Below are positions 32,518-42,346 of a stretch of DNA of 64,000 bases, one piece after another. Position numbers and translations under genes: made by a program. The notes beneath the pieces were generated by a model. The model saw nothing but the letters and a program-made list of their open reading frames with translations, ran no database searches and was not told the origin of the DNA. Every line of letters starts with the position of its first letter. The first letter of the stretch is position 1. Source of the DNA: a virus (taxonomy: Duplodnaviria; Caudoviricetes); IMG/VR virus record IMGVR_UViG_3300044297_000138, positions 32,001-96,000 of that record; one strand, written 5' to 3'.

Positions 32518-34230
32518 ATGGCAACACCTAATAAATTTTCACTCTTTGGATTCACGATTTCCCGTGAAGAAAAAGAAGTTCAGGATGTTACACAACAATC
32601 CTTTACGCCACCTTCCCAGGAAGACGGCGCATTAACTATTACATCTGCTGCCTATTATGGCACATATGTTGACTTGGATGGTACCGCAAAGAATGAAGTA
32701 GAACTCATTTCTCGTTACCGTGAAATGGCTATGCAGCCAGAAATTGAATCAGCAATAGATGACATAGTTAATGAAGCCATTTGTCAAGATGATGACGGCA
32801 AAACTATTGATATTGTTTTGGACAATTTAAAACAACCAGAAAAAATCAAGAACGCCATCAAAACGGAATTTCAAAATATTGTTAGATTATTAAATTATAA
32901 CAATATGTCACAAGACATTTTCCGTAGATTCTATGTTGATGGTCGTTTGTATTATCACGTTATTATTGATCGTGAATCTCCACAAGAGGGCATCAAAGAA
33001 CTCCGTTATGTGGATCCACGAAAAATTCGTAAAGTCCGTGAAATGAGGAAACAAAAAGATGAAAGAACTGGCGCAGAAATCGTTCAAACAGTCAACGAAT
33101 ATTACATCTACAATGATAAGGTTGTCACTGGTAGTAGTTCTAACTACGGTCCTGTTGGCGTTCGCATCACAACTGATTCTGTTCTTTCTATCGTCTCCGG
33201 TCTTATGGATAGTCGCCGTGCTGTGGTACTTTCTTATCTACACAAGGCAATCAAACCATTAAACCAGTTGCGTATGATTGAAGATGCGACAGTTATCTAT
33301 CGTATCAGCCGTGCGCCAGAACGCCGTATATTCTATATTGATGTTGGTAATTTACCAAAATTAAAGGCCGAACAATATCTACGTGATATTATGGTCAAGT
33401 ATAAAAATAAATTAGTTTACGATGCAAACACAGGTGAGGTCCGTGATGATCGTAAATTTCTTTCCATGATGGAAGATTTCTGGTTACCTCGCCGTGAAGG
33501 CGGTAAAGGCACAGAAATCACCACACTACCAGGTGGACAAAACCTAGGTGAGTTGGAAGATGTTAAGTATTTTGAAAAGAAACTATACAAGTCTTTAAAT
33601 GTTCCTATCTCCAGACTTGAACCTAACCAAGGATTCTCTATTGGCCGTGTGGCAGAAGTTACAAGAGATGAATTGAAGTTCTCAAAGTTTGTTGATAGAC
33701 TAAGAGCCAAGTTCTCAGAAATTTTTGACCAGGCTCTTCGTGTTCAATGTGTATTGAAAGGTATTTGCACAGAAGAAGAATGGAACGAATTTAAAGAATA
33801 TATCTATTTTGATTTCATCAAAGACAATAACTTTACAGAACTCAAAGATGCTGAGTTGATGAAAGAAAGATTAGGTCTTTTGGGTGCAATTGATCCTTAT
33901 ACAGGAAGTTATTTCTCCAAAAAATGGATTCAACGTAATGTGTTACGTTTGACTGATGACCAAATTGATGAAATGAATACCGAAATTGACGATGAGAAAG
34001 AACAAGGCATGGGATTGCCAACAGAGGTAACTAATCAAGTGGCACAACAACAAATGGTTGGCCAAGTTGATGCAGAAAACCAAATTGCAATGCAAGATGC
34101 TATGGGACAAGACCAAGGCGGTTCTAAATCTTCAAGTTCTTCTAAACCAAAATCACAATCCAAACCACAACCAAAGGGTGATTTAAGTTTAGAGAACACA
34201 ACCTTTACCAAATTGAAGCGAATACTATAA
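32518..34230 (+). CDS. gp20: portal protein gp20
   Basis: YRISRAPERRIFYIDVGNLPK; EDFWLPRREGGKGTEITTLPGG. Confidence 0.97.
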   Translation: MATPNKFSLFGFTISREEKEVQDVTQQSFTPPSQEDGALTITSAAYYGTYVDLDGTAKNEVELISRYREMAMQPEIESAIDDIVNEAICQDDDGKTIDIVLDNLKQPEKIKNAIKTEFQNIVRLLNYNNMSQDIFRRFYVDGRLYYHVIIDRESPQEGIKELRYVDPRKIRKVREMRKQKDERTGAEIVQTVNEYYIYNDKVVTGSSSNYGPVGVRITTDSVLSIVSGLMDSRRAVVLSYLHKAIKPLNQLRMIEDATVIYRISRAPERRIFYIDVGNLPKLKAEQYLRDIMVKYKNKLVYDANTGEVRDDRKFLSMMEDFWLPRREGGKGTEITTLPGGQNLGELEDVKYFEKKLYKSLNVPISRLEPNQGFSIGRVAEVTRDELKFSKFVDRLRAKFSEIFDQALRVQCVLKGICTEEEWNEFKEYIYFDFIKDNNFTELKDAELMKERLGLLGAIDPYTGSYFSKKWIQRNVLRLTDDQIDEMNTEIDDEKEQGMGLPTEVTNQVAQQQMVGQVDAENQIAMQDAMGQDQGGSKSSSSSKPKSQSKPQPKGDLSLENTTFTKLKRIL

Positions 34231-34233
34231 ATA
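34226..34233 (+). promoter_or_regulatory. T4-type late promoter TATAAATA
   Basis: Exact consensus upstream of prohead core genes. Confidence 0.75.
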
Positions 34234-34251
34234 TTTCATTAGGAGAAAATT

Positions 34252-34446
34252 ATGGACCCAAGACAAATCGTAGATTTTGCAGACGAAGATAATGCCAAAG
34301 AAATGCGTGATGCATTTTATGCTACTTTGCAAGACAAAGTAATGGCACATATTGAAGCCAAAAAAATGGAAGTTGCGAAATCTATGTTTAATACTCAGCC
34401 AGATCCAATGGCAACGGCTGTGGATGAACCAGTTACACCACAATAA
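34252..34446 (+). CDS. prohead core protein (gp67-like position)
   Basis: AGGAG RBS; small acidic ORF after the portal gene. Confidence 0.6.
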   Translation: MDPRQIVDFADEDNAKEMRDAFYATLQDKVMAHIEAKKMEVAKSMFNTQPDPMATAVDEPVTPQ

Positions 34447-34458
34447 CAGGAATAAAAA

Positions 34459-34986
34459 ATGGCAAATGCATTTACCTATCAAGTCATCAAAGATACCACA
34501 GAACATGCAATTATTAAATTGACAGCTTCTTTTGATGGTACAGGACAAGAATCTAACAATTCTAGAATCGCCGCAAACACTCTCTACGGTGCGTTGGCTA
34601 CCAACGGATATTTGGTGGCAAACAATCAAGGTGGTGCAGCAAATACAGCCTTATCATATTATGGTTTAACATTACATAGACTATGGTATGATTGTGCTGC
34701 TGGCGGAGATGTTCAACTATATTGGCAAGCAACATCACCACTACCATTAATTATTATGAATGGTAACGGTGAATATGATGGTGCTGGCAACTGGACTACA
34801 ATACCAAATAATGCAAAGGGCAACGCAGGTTGCAATGGAAACATTGGTATTGTAACCCGTGGTATGGCTGCAAATGATAGTTATACAATTGTTATGGAAT
34901 TAAGAAAAGAAAATGAGTATTACCAGCGTGGTCAATTTAATGATCCTGCTGCATTTAATTATACTCCATACAATATTCGTCCATAA
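34459..34986 (+). CDS. hypothetical head-cluster protein
   Basis: ORF with AGGA RBS between portal and protease genes. Confidence 0.65.
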   Translation: MANAFTYQVIKDTTEHAIIKLTASFDGTGQESNNSRIAANTLYGALATNGYLVANNQGGAANTALSYYGLTLHRLWYDCAAGGDVQLYWQATSPLPLIIMNGNGEYDGAGNWTTIPNNAKGNAGCNGNIGIVTRGMAANDSYTIVMELRKENEYYQRGQFNDPAAFNYTPYNIRP

Positions 34987-34995
34987 GGAATTAAA

Positions 34996-35640
34996 ATGAA
35001 ACTCATTAAAGAAGTAGTAGAGGATGTAAAATATCTTACCGAAGAAAAAGACGGTAAGAAATCTCTTTTCATTGAGGGTCCTTTCCTTGTTGCCGAAACA
35101 GTAAACAGAAATGGCCGTAAATATCTACGTGAAACTATGCAAAAAGAAGTTTCACGTTACACAGACGAATACATTAATAAAAACCGTGCCTTTGGTGAAC
35201 TGGGACATCCAGACACACCATCCATCAACCTTGACCGTGTCTCTCACTTGAACGTGGGTTTGCGTCAAGAAGGTGATGTTTGGATAGGCAAAGCAAAAAT
35301 TCTTGACACACCTATGGGTAACATTGCAAGAAACCTTATTGAAGGTGGTGGCCAGCTTGGCGTATCATCTAGAGGTATGGGTTCTCTTAAAAGTGTGAAT
35401 GGTATTAACATTGTGCAAGACGACTTTCATCTGGCCACAGCGGCAGATATAGTAGCTGATCCTTCCGCACCTGGTGCTTTCGTACAAGGTATTATGGAAG
35501 GTAAAGAATGGATGCTAGTAGATGGTATTTGGACCGAAGTTCAATATGAAGCAGCTAAGAAACAAATCAAAGAAGCTTCACGTAAAGATATTGAAAGAGT
35601 CAGTTTACAAATATTTGAAAACTTCATCAAAAAACTTTAA
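34996..35640 (+). CDS. gp21: prohead protease gp21
   Basis: GELGHP; GVSSRGMGSL; DIVADPSAP.A. Confidence 0.96.
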   Translation: MKLIKEVVEDVKYLTEEKDGKKSLFIEGPFLVAETVNRNGRKYLRETMQKEVSRYTDEYINKNRAFGELGHPDTPSINLDRVSHLNVGLRQEGDVWIGKAKILDTPMGNIARNLIEGGGQLGVSSRGMGSLKSVNGINIVQDDFHLATAADIVADPSAPGAFVQGIMEGKEWMLVDGIWTEVQYEAAKKQIKEASRKDIERVSLQIFENFIKKL

Positions 35641-35641
35641 T

Positions 35642-35649
35642 TATAAATA
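35642..35649 (+). promoter_or_regulatory. T4-type late promoter TATAAATA
   Basis: Exact consensus upstream of gp22. Confidence 0.75.
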
Positions 35650-35679
35650 TCCAATATAAAAATCAAGGAGATTCTCAAC

Positions 35680-36951
35680 ATGGGAAAGAAAAATCTAGCT
35701 GATGCCGCTAAAGCAGTTCTAATGAACGAAGGTTCAAAAGAAATTTTTGACGCTTCCGTTGCTCGTGGCCACAAAGAAGCCGGTTCAAAGTTACCTACAT
35801 CTGTTGCTTATGGCATGAAAGATGCTGGTGAAGTTGCTGGTGTAGTTGATAAAAAAGATGACCAAGCTGGTGATTATACAAAAGGTGTTCCAACAGCAAC
35901 ACCTCCTGGTGCAACACCACCTGTTGGTTCAGAACCAGCTCACAAGTTGGAAAATCAACCACAAGAAACACAAGGTGCTGAACACGCCGTTGCTCAAGAA
36001 GATCCAACTTCTTATGAAAACATCCGTGATCGCATCAAAGCCAAGTTGGCAAAACAAACAATGCAATCTAATCCTGGCGCTACATTCCAATCCTATGGTG
36101 AAGAAGTAGAAGTTAAGGAAGAAGAAGTTGTTGCCGAAGAAAAAGGCGAAGGACATGAAGATGAGGCTGAAGATAAAGCCCTTATCAAGAAAATGATGAA
36201 GAAAGACAAAATGAAAGAAGATATGGACGCTGACGTTGATGCTCTTCTTTCCGGTGAAAATCTTTCTGAAGAATTCAAAACAAAAGCCACAACCATTTTT
36301 GAATCTGCCGTTGTTGCTCGCACACAAGCTTTAGTAGAAGAAATTGAAGAAGCTATGGTAGAAGAATTTGAATTGGCTGTTGAAGAAGTCAAAAACGAAT
36401 TGGCACAGAAACTAGACGATTACATCAATTACATGGCTGAAGAATGGGTTAAAGATAACCAATTGGCCATTGAAAAAGGTCTACGTGCTGAAATCGTTGA
36501 AGATTTCATTGGCGGTTTGAAAGACTTGTTCATTGAACATTACATTGACATTCCAGAAGAAAAAGTTGACGTTGTTGAAGAATTGACAACCAAAGTAGAA
36601 GAATTGGAATCTGAATTGAATGAACAAATCCAATCATCCGTTGAACTACGCAAAGAATTAAACGAACATAAAAAAATTGAGGCTATACATGCAGTATGTG
36701 AAGGCCTAACGCAGACTCAAGTGGAAAAAATGAAAACACTCGCAGAGGGTGTAGAGTTTACCACAGACGAAGAATACGCAGAAAAACTAGTTACTCTAAG
36801 AACTTCATACTTCACAGAGTCAGTTAAGCCTGCTTCTAGTTCTGCTTTAAACGAAGAAGTTGTTGTTGAAGATGAAAAGAAACCTGTTGTTTCTTCTGAC
36901 CCAACAATCGCTGCTATCGCTTCCGCAATCTCAAAAACTTCGGTAAAATAA
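35680..36951 (+). CDS. gp22: prohead scaffold gp22
   Basis: Acidic coiled coil; LSEEFK.KA.TIFE; synteny. Confidence 0.92.
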   Translation: MGKKNLADAAKAVLMNEGSKEIFDASVARGHKEAGSKLPTSVAYGMKDAGEVAGVVDKKDDQAGDYTKGVPTATPPGATPPVGSEPAHKLENQPQETQGAEHAVAQEDPTSYENIRDRIKAKLAKQTMQSNPGATFQSYGEEVEVKEEEVVAEEKGEGHEDEAEDKALIKKMMKKDKMKEDMDADVDALLSGENLSEEFKTKATTIFESAVVARTQALVEEIEEAMVEEFELAVEEVKNELAQKLDDYINYMAEEWVKDNQLAIEKGLRAEIVEDFIGGLKDLFIEHYIDIPEEKVDVVEELTTKVEELESELNEQIQSSVELRKELNEHKKIEAIHAVCEGLTQTQVEKMKTLAEGVEFTTDEEYAEKLVTLRTSYFTESVKPASSSALNEEVVVEDEKKPVVSSDPTIAAIASAISKTSVK

Positions 36952-36993
36952 ATAAAACTTACCGAAACTAGAAACTAATAAGGAGAATTTTAA

Positions 36994-38349
36994 ATGTTTC
37001 TATCTGAAGAACTACAAAATAAATGGCAACCAGTTTTGGAACATCCAGAACTAGAAGCCATTAAGGATCCATACAAGAAGGCCGTCACTGCTGTTATCCT
37101 AGAAAACCAACAGCGTGAAATGACAGCTGCTGCTCAGCAGTTGAACGAAACAACCTACTCTGCTGCTCCTACCAACGTTACAGGTGCTGGTGTTCAAAAC
37201 TTTGACCCTATCCTTATCTCTTTGGTTCGCCGTGCATTGCCTAACCTTATCGCTTATGACGTTGCTGGCGTTCAGCCAATGACAGGCCCAACCGGCTTGA
37301 TCTTCGCAATGCGTGCTAAGTATAATGCACAAGGTACAGCTGGTTCAGGTGATTCTAACGAAGCTTTCTTCAACGAAGCTAACACAATCTTCTCAGGTTT
37401 GGGTTCAGGTACAGGCGCATCATTTGGTTTCGCTGGTAACAACACAACCGACACAGCAACAAGCGCAGTTCGTGACTTGACAGCTAACACCTTCACAACT
37501 GGTGTTGGTATGGCCACAGCTACTGCTGAAGGTTTGGGTGCAGATACCTCTACAGGTATGTTCAACCAAATGGCTTTCTCTATTGAGAAAGTTACTGTTA
37601 CTGCTAAGAGCCGTGCATTGAAGGCTGAATACTCTCTAGAACTTGCTCAAGACTTGAAAGCAATCCATGGTTTGGATGCTGAAACAGAGTTGAGCAACAT
37701 TCTTTCTACAGAGATTCTTGCTGAAATCAACCGTGAAGTTATCCGTACAATCTATACAGTTGCCGTTCCAGGTGCTCAGTATGGTACAACAACAGCTGGC
37801 GTGTTTGACTTAGACACCGACTCTAACGGTCGTTGGTCTGTTGAACGTTTCAAAGGTTTGATTTTCCAAATTGAACGTGATGCAAACGTCATCGCTAAGC
37901 AGACTCGTCGTGGTAAGGGTAACGTTCTGATCGTTTCTTCAGACGTTGCTTCTGCTATGGCTATGGCTGGTGTTCTTCAGTATACACCTGCTCTAAGCGC
38001 TGACTTGCAAGTTGACGATACAGGCAATACATTTGCTGGTATGTTACATGGCCGCATCAAGGTTTACATTGACCCATATTTCGGTGGTTACACTTCTAAC
38101 CAAGAATTGGTAACTATCGGTTATAAGGGTTCTTCACCTTATGATGCCGGTTTGTTCTACTGCCCATACGTTCCTCTACAAATGGTTCGTGCAGTTGACC
38201 AGTACACATTCCAACCAAAAATTGGTTTCAAGACCCGTTATGGTATGGTTGCAAACCCATTTGCAGAAGGTACTGATGTTGGCCAAGGTCGCTTGAGCGC
38301 TCGTGCTAACAAATACTATCGTCTATTCCAAGTTAAGAACTTGATGTAA
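36994..38349 (+). CDS. gp23: major capsid protein gp23
   Basis: GVQPMTGPTGLIFAMR; ELAQDLKAIHGLDAE; FQPKIGFKTRYG. Confidence 0.98.
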   Translation: MFLSEELQNKWQPVLEHPELEAIKDPYKKAVTAVILENQQREMTAAAQQLNETTYSAAPTNVTGAGVQNFDPILISLVRRALPNLIAYDVAGVQPMTGPTGLIFAMRAKYNAQGTAGSGDSNEAFFNEANTIFSGLGSGTGASFGFAGNNTTDTATSAVRDLTANTFTTGVGMATATAEGLGADTSTGMFNQMAFSIEKVTVTAKSRALKAEYSLELAQDLKAIHGLDAETELSNILSTEILAEINREVIRTIYTVAVPGAQYGTTTAGVFDLDTDSNGRWSVERFKGLIFQIERDANVIAKQTRRGKGNVLIVSSDVASAMAMAGVLQYTPALSADLQVDDTGNTFAGMLHGRIKVYIDPYFGGYTSNQELVTIGYKGSSPYDAGLFYCPYVPLQMVRAVDQYTFQPKIGFKTRYGMVANPFAEGTDVGQGRLSARANKYYRLFQVKNLM

Positions 38350-38380
38350 TTGACGAAACCACCGAAAGAGTGGTATTACA

Positions 38381-38407
38381 GAGGGTGCTTCGGCACCCTC
38401 TTTTTTT
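38381..38407 (+). terminator. intrinsic terminator after gp23
   Basis: GAGGGTGC-TTCG-GCACCCTC followed by T7. Confidence 0.92.
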
Positions 38408-38436
38408 GCCTCCTAAATACCTATTAAGGAGATATT

Positions 38437-38949
38437 ATGACTGCTTTCAATAGAACACCACAAAGTACCAGTCCTTTACAACCCACAAAATTCTTGTTGA
38501 CTTTTGCAAGAATACCAAATACACAATTTTTTTGCCAAGAAGTAAATATTCCTGGCGTTTCTTTGGGTGAAGTTGACCGAGTAACTCCATTTTTGGATAT
38601 GTTCTCACCAGGTACAAAACTTACATACCAACCATTGGACGTTTCATTCATAGTTGATGAAGAAATGCAATCATGGAAAGACATGTATAACTGGTTCATT
38701 TCAATTGCAGATCCAGATGGTTACGAAAAGCGTGACCACAACAGAGAGTTACAAAAGAACAGACATTTTTCTGATGCCGTTTTAACTGTATTAAATGGCT
38801 TGAATAATCCAGTTGTTCGTATTCAATATACCAATGTTTTCCCTTTGACAATGAGTGATATTCAATTTGATACCAAACTATCAGCTGATTCTATTATTAC
38901 CTGTTCGGCCACATTCAGATATCAATCGTACATATACTTGCCTGCATAA
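38437..38949 (+). CDS. gp3: tail tube terminator gp3
   Basis: FFCQ.VNIPG..LG; FIVDE.M..W. Confidence 0.85.
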   Translation: MTAFNRTPQSTSPLQPTKFLLTFARIPNTQFFCQEVNIPGVSLGEVDRVTPFLDMFSPGTKLTYQPLDVSFIVDEEMQSWKDMYNWFISIADPDGYEKRDHNRELQKNRHFSDAVLTVLNGLNNPVVRIQYTNVFPLTMSDIQFDTKLSADSIITCSATFRYQSYIYLPA

Positions 38950-38966
38950 TACTTTTGTGATATAAT
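38938..38966 (+). promoter_or_regulatory. sigma70-type promoter for uvsY/uvsW
   Basis: TTGCCT-17 bp-TATAAT with TGTGA extension. Confidence 0.7.
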
Positions 38967-38993
38967 ATACATTATTTGTTTTTTGAATATAAA

Positions 38994-39428
38994 ATGGAAA
39001 CACTAGAAAATATATTAAGACTTTGGGAGACTGATGCGGTCATGGACCAAACAGAACCATCCAAAGAATTACTTAAAATTCCCACACTACACAGTAAATA
39101 TCTGAACATTCTTACCAAACATAAAATTGCAAGTAAGAAAACTCATTTTGATTATCTCAAGATGAAAAAGACCAAGACAGAATATTTTGGTGGGAAATTA
39201 TCACAAGAAGAATTACAGGAGTATGGTTGGGAACCATTTCAATTTGTATTGAAATCCGACTTGTCTACATACTTAGAAGCAGATAAGGACCTTATTAAAC
39301 TATTGGAGAAAAAGGTCTACCATGATGAATGTATCTCAGTTATTGAATCTATTATGCAAGAATTGAAACAAAGAACATGGCAACTACGTGACTTTATATC
39401 ATGGGAGAAGTTCGTTGCAGGCCAGTGA
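38994..39428 (+). CDS. uvsY: recombination mediator UvsY
   Basis: IPTLHSKYL...YLEADKDL...RTWQLRDFI.W.KF.AG; synteny. Confidence 0.88.
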   Translation: METLENILRLWETDAVMDQTEPSKELLKIPTLHSKYLNILTKHKIASKKTHFDYLKMKKTKTEYFGGKLSQEELQEYGWEPFQFVLKSDLSTYLEADKDLIKLLEKKVYHDECISVIESIMQELKQRTWQLRDFISWEKFVAGQ

Positions 39429-40923
39429 TTTAGTTGTTACAAAGAAAAATGAAGTATACGCCAAGGTGCAATGTGAAAGACACCTGGCAATGGAACTCTC
39501 CGAATACTTTACATTCTATGTACCAGGTTACCAATTCGTTCCAGCGTTTCGGAATCGCATCTGGGATGGTAAAATAAGACTGTTTAATCTGAACACCAGT
39601 CAAATCTATTTGGGACTGTTGGAGTATCTTAAATCGTTCTGTGATGAACGAGGATACAAATATGAAATAGAAGAACTGGAAGATGAGTTTAGTGTATATC
39701 ACGCAGATAAATTTTTTGCAACTTTAAATCTACATTCACAAGGTAAAGAAATTACGGTGATGGATCACCAGCGTAATGCATTTATACATGCAATGCAAAA
39801 ACGCAGAACCTTATTATTGTCACCAACATCTTCTGGTAAATCACTTATCATTTATCTTTTGTTTCGTCAACTGTATGAATATCAAAATCTAAAAGGTTTG
39901 ATTATTGTACCGACCACATCGTTGGTGGAACAGTTATACTCGGATTTTGCCGATTATGCGAATAACGACACTTTCAATGTACCAGAAAATGTACATCGTA
40001 TTTACCAAGGCAAAGAAAGATATACAAATAAACCATTGACCATATCAACATGGCAATCTCTTTATAAAATGCCGTCAGAATATTTTGAACAGTTTGATTA
40101 TGTGATTGGTGATGAGGCACACAACTTCAAGGCACAATCTTTAACCACTATTATGACTTCCTGTGTCAATTCAAAATATAGAATTGGCTTAACTGGCACT
40201 TTAGACGGAACAAAAACACATAAACTGGTATTAGAAGGACTTTTTGGTACAGTTAAAACAGTCACAACAACCAAAGAACTGATTGATAACAATCAAATAT
40301 CACCATTAAATATTAAATGTTTGGTACTGAAACATCCAGAAGATATTGCAGAACAGGCCAAAGATTGGTCATATCAAGAAGAAATACAATATTTAATTGG
40401 TTGTCAAGATAGAAATCGTTTTATAAGAAACTTAACCATCAGTTTGAACAAAAACACATTGGTGCTATATCAATTGGTTGACAAACATGGTAAATTATTA
40501 TACGACATGATTAAAGAAAAATCAAACGGTCGGCAAGTATTCTTTGTCCATGGTGGCGTTGAAACGGAAGACCGTGAAGAAATACGTTCAATTATGGAGA
40601 AAGAAAATGACGCAATTGTGGTGGCTTCTTACGGGACTTTTAGCACTGGGATTAATATTCGCAATCTTCACAATATTATTTTTGCAAGCCCGTCTAAAAG
40701 CCGTATCAGGAATTTACAAAGTATTGGACGGGGTTTGCGCCAATTTAGCGGCAAAGAACAAGCAACTCTCTACGACATTGCAGATGACCTTAGACACAAA
40801 AAAAGAATGAACTTTACTCTACAACACTTTGTGGAACGAGCTAAGATATATAATGAGGAGAAGTTCCCTTTTAAAATTTACAATATAGGGTTAAAAAATG
40901 GCAGTTCAAATAGTAAGATTTAA
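39415..40923 (+). CDS. uvsW: UvsW helicase (start probably TTG 39415)
   Basis: SPTSSGKS; DEAH; GLTGT; LQSIGRGLR. Confidence 0.95.
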   Translation: MQASDLVVTKKNEVYAKVQCERHLAMELSEYFTFYVPGYQFVPAFRNRIWDGKIRLFNLNTSQIYLGLLEYLKSFCDERGYKYEIEELEDEFSVYHADKFFATLNLHSQGKEITVMDHQRNAFIHAMQKRRTLLLSPTSSGKSLIIYLLFRQLYEYQNLKGLIIVPTTSLVEQLYSDFADYANNDTFNVPENVHRIYQGKERYTNKPLTISTWQSLYKMPSEYFEQFDYVIGDEAHNFKAQSLTTIMTSCVNSKYRIGLTGTLDGTKTHKLVLEGLFGTVKTVTTTKELIDNNQISPLNIKCLVLKHPEDIAEQAKDWSYQEEIQYLIGCQDRNRFIRNLTISLNKNTLVLYQLVDKHGKLLYDMIKEKSNGRQVFFVHGGVETEDREEIRSIMEKENDAIVVASYGTFSTGINIRNLHNIIFASPSKSRIRNLQSIGRGLRQFSGKEQATLYDIADDLRHKKRMNFTLQHFVERAKIYNEEKFPFKIYNIGLKNGSSNSKI

Positions 40924-41260
40924 AGACGGATTGGATATCATAACTGACGTAAGTTCTGTTGAATCCAATGAAATGGAATTGTCAACACCTATGATGTTCG
41001 AAATAAGGAATCATAACTTGTTGTTGCAACAATGGATTCCATTGGCTTTAATTAAAGAAGATAATGTAAGAATTAATAAGAGTGAGATTCTTTGTGTCAT
41101 GGAACCAAATGATGACTTCAAAGAATATTATGTTAATGCAATCAGTGATTTGAAAAAGGAAATGAAAAACATGAAGAATAAAAAGAACTCTGAGGATAAT
41201 ACCGATGTTATGGAAGCAATAGCTGAATTATCCGTAAATAAAAATATTAATATCCATTAA
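40898..41260 (+). CDS. hypothetical protein of the T4-like uvsW-gp55 interval
   Basis: ORF; IVRFKDG.DII motif; synteny. Confidence 0.65.
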   Translation: MAVQIVRFKDGLDIITDVSSVESNEMELSTPMMFEIRNHNLLLQQWIPLALIKEDNVRINKSEILCVMEPNDDFKEYYVNAISDLKKEMKNMKNKKNSEDNTDVMEAIAELSVNKNINIH

Positions 41261-41285
41261 TAATATCATCGGGGCTACACCGTGA

Positions 41286-41314
41286 ACTATATCACATGTC
41301 AAGCCCCCTGTCAA
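41286..41314 (-). promoter_or_regulatory. antisense sigma70-type promoter upstream of gp55
   Basis: Minus strand TTGACA-17 bp-TATAGT with TGTGA extension. Confidence 0.6.
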
Positions 41315-41337
41315 TAACTTTTTATGGTACACTTGAA

Positions 41338-41877
41338 ATGACAAAACAAAAACACTACATCAACAACGCAGATTTCCTCAAAGCTCTGGTAGATTACAAA
41401 GAAGAATGTAAAACTGCCGAGAAAACAGGCAAACCAGATCCAAAGATTCCCAATTACATTGGTGAATGTTTTATGAAGATTGCCGAAGGTCTATCCCACA
41501 AACCTAACTTCATCAATTATACCTATCGTGATGAAATGATTGCAGATGGTATTGAAAACTGTTTGATGTATTTCAATAACTTTGATCCTACCAAATCAAA
41601 TAATCCATTTGCATATTTTACACAGATCATCTATTATGCGTTCTTACGCAGGATACAAAAAGAAAAGAAGCAGTTGTATGTGAAATACAAAGCCACAGAA
41701 CAAGCTGGTATTTTGGATGAGTTTGAAATGTTTGAATCTGAAAGTGGTGTGATGAAACAATTTGAATTGTATGATAACATTGCTGAGTTCATTGAAACAT
41801 ATGAAGATGCCAAACAAGCCAAAAAAGAGTCCAAGGCGGTAAAGAAGCCAAAGGGTATTGAAAAATTTATGGAGTAA
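41338..41877 (+). CDS. gp55: late transcription sigma factor gp55
   Basis: HYINN..FL; IGECFMKIAEGLS.KPNF..Y; NPFAYFTQI.YYAFLRRI.KEK. Confidence 0.95.
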   Translation: MTKQKHYINNADFLKALVDYKEECKTAEKTGKPDPKIPNYIGECFMKIAEGLSHKPNFINYTYRDEMIADGIENCLMYFNNFDPTKSNNPFAYFTQIIYYAFLRRIQKEKKQLYVKYKATEQAGILDEFEMFESESGVMKQFELYDNIAEFIETYEDAKQAKKESKAVKKPKGIEKFME

Positions 41878-41884
41878 TGTTATA

Positions 41885-42346
41885 ATGAAAATTGGTTTTA
41901 ATTGTTCCACTTTTGATTTGTTCCATGCCGGTCATGTAACAATGTTGAGAGAAGAAAAAAGATTTTGTGATTATTTGATTGTGGCAATACAAGTTGATCC
42001 AACAACTGATAGGCCAAACACAAAAAATAAACCTGTAATGAGCATGTATGAAAGGTATATGTGTGTGTCAGCTTGTAAATATGTTGATGAGATAATTGTT
42101 TACCATACTGAAGAAGAATTGTTAAACATACTTAAAACAATACATATTGATATTCGTTTTCTTGGTGATGAATATAAAAGAAAAGATTTTACTGGCAAAC
42201 AATGGTGTTTAGATCGTGGAATTGAATTACATTATCACGAAAGAGAACATCCTTATAGTAGTTCTTCATTGAGAAAGCGTGTTTGGGAAGCTGAAGAAAA
42301 AAGGCTTGATGCCTTAAAACAAGATTATGATGAATGTAAAAAATGA
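41885..42346 (+). CDS. cytidylyltransferase (TagD/RfaE-like)
   Basis: FDLFHAGH (HxGH motif); CKYVDE; YSSSSLR. Confidence 0.88.
   Translation: MKIGFNCSTFDLFHAGHVTMLREEKRFCDYLIVAIQVDPTTDRPNTKNKPVMSMYERYMCVSACKYVDEIIVYHTEEELLNILKTIHIDIRFLGDEYKRKDFTGKQWCLDRGIELHYHEREHPYSSSSLRKRVWEAEEKRLDALKQDYDECKK

Noticed and set aside
28413-38349. Introns, inteins or homing endonucleases in terminase, portal or capsid genes
   Set aside because: The ORFs are continuous and of normal length, with no intein or endonuclease motifs.
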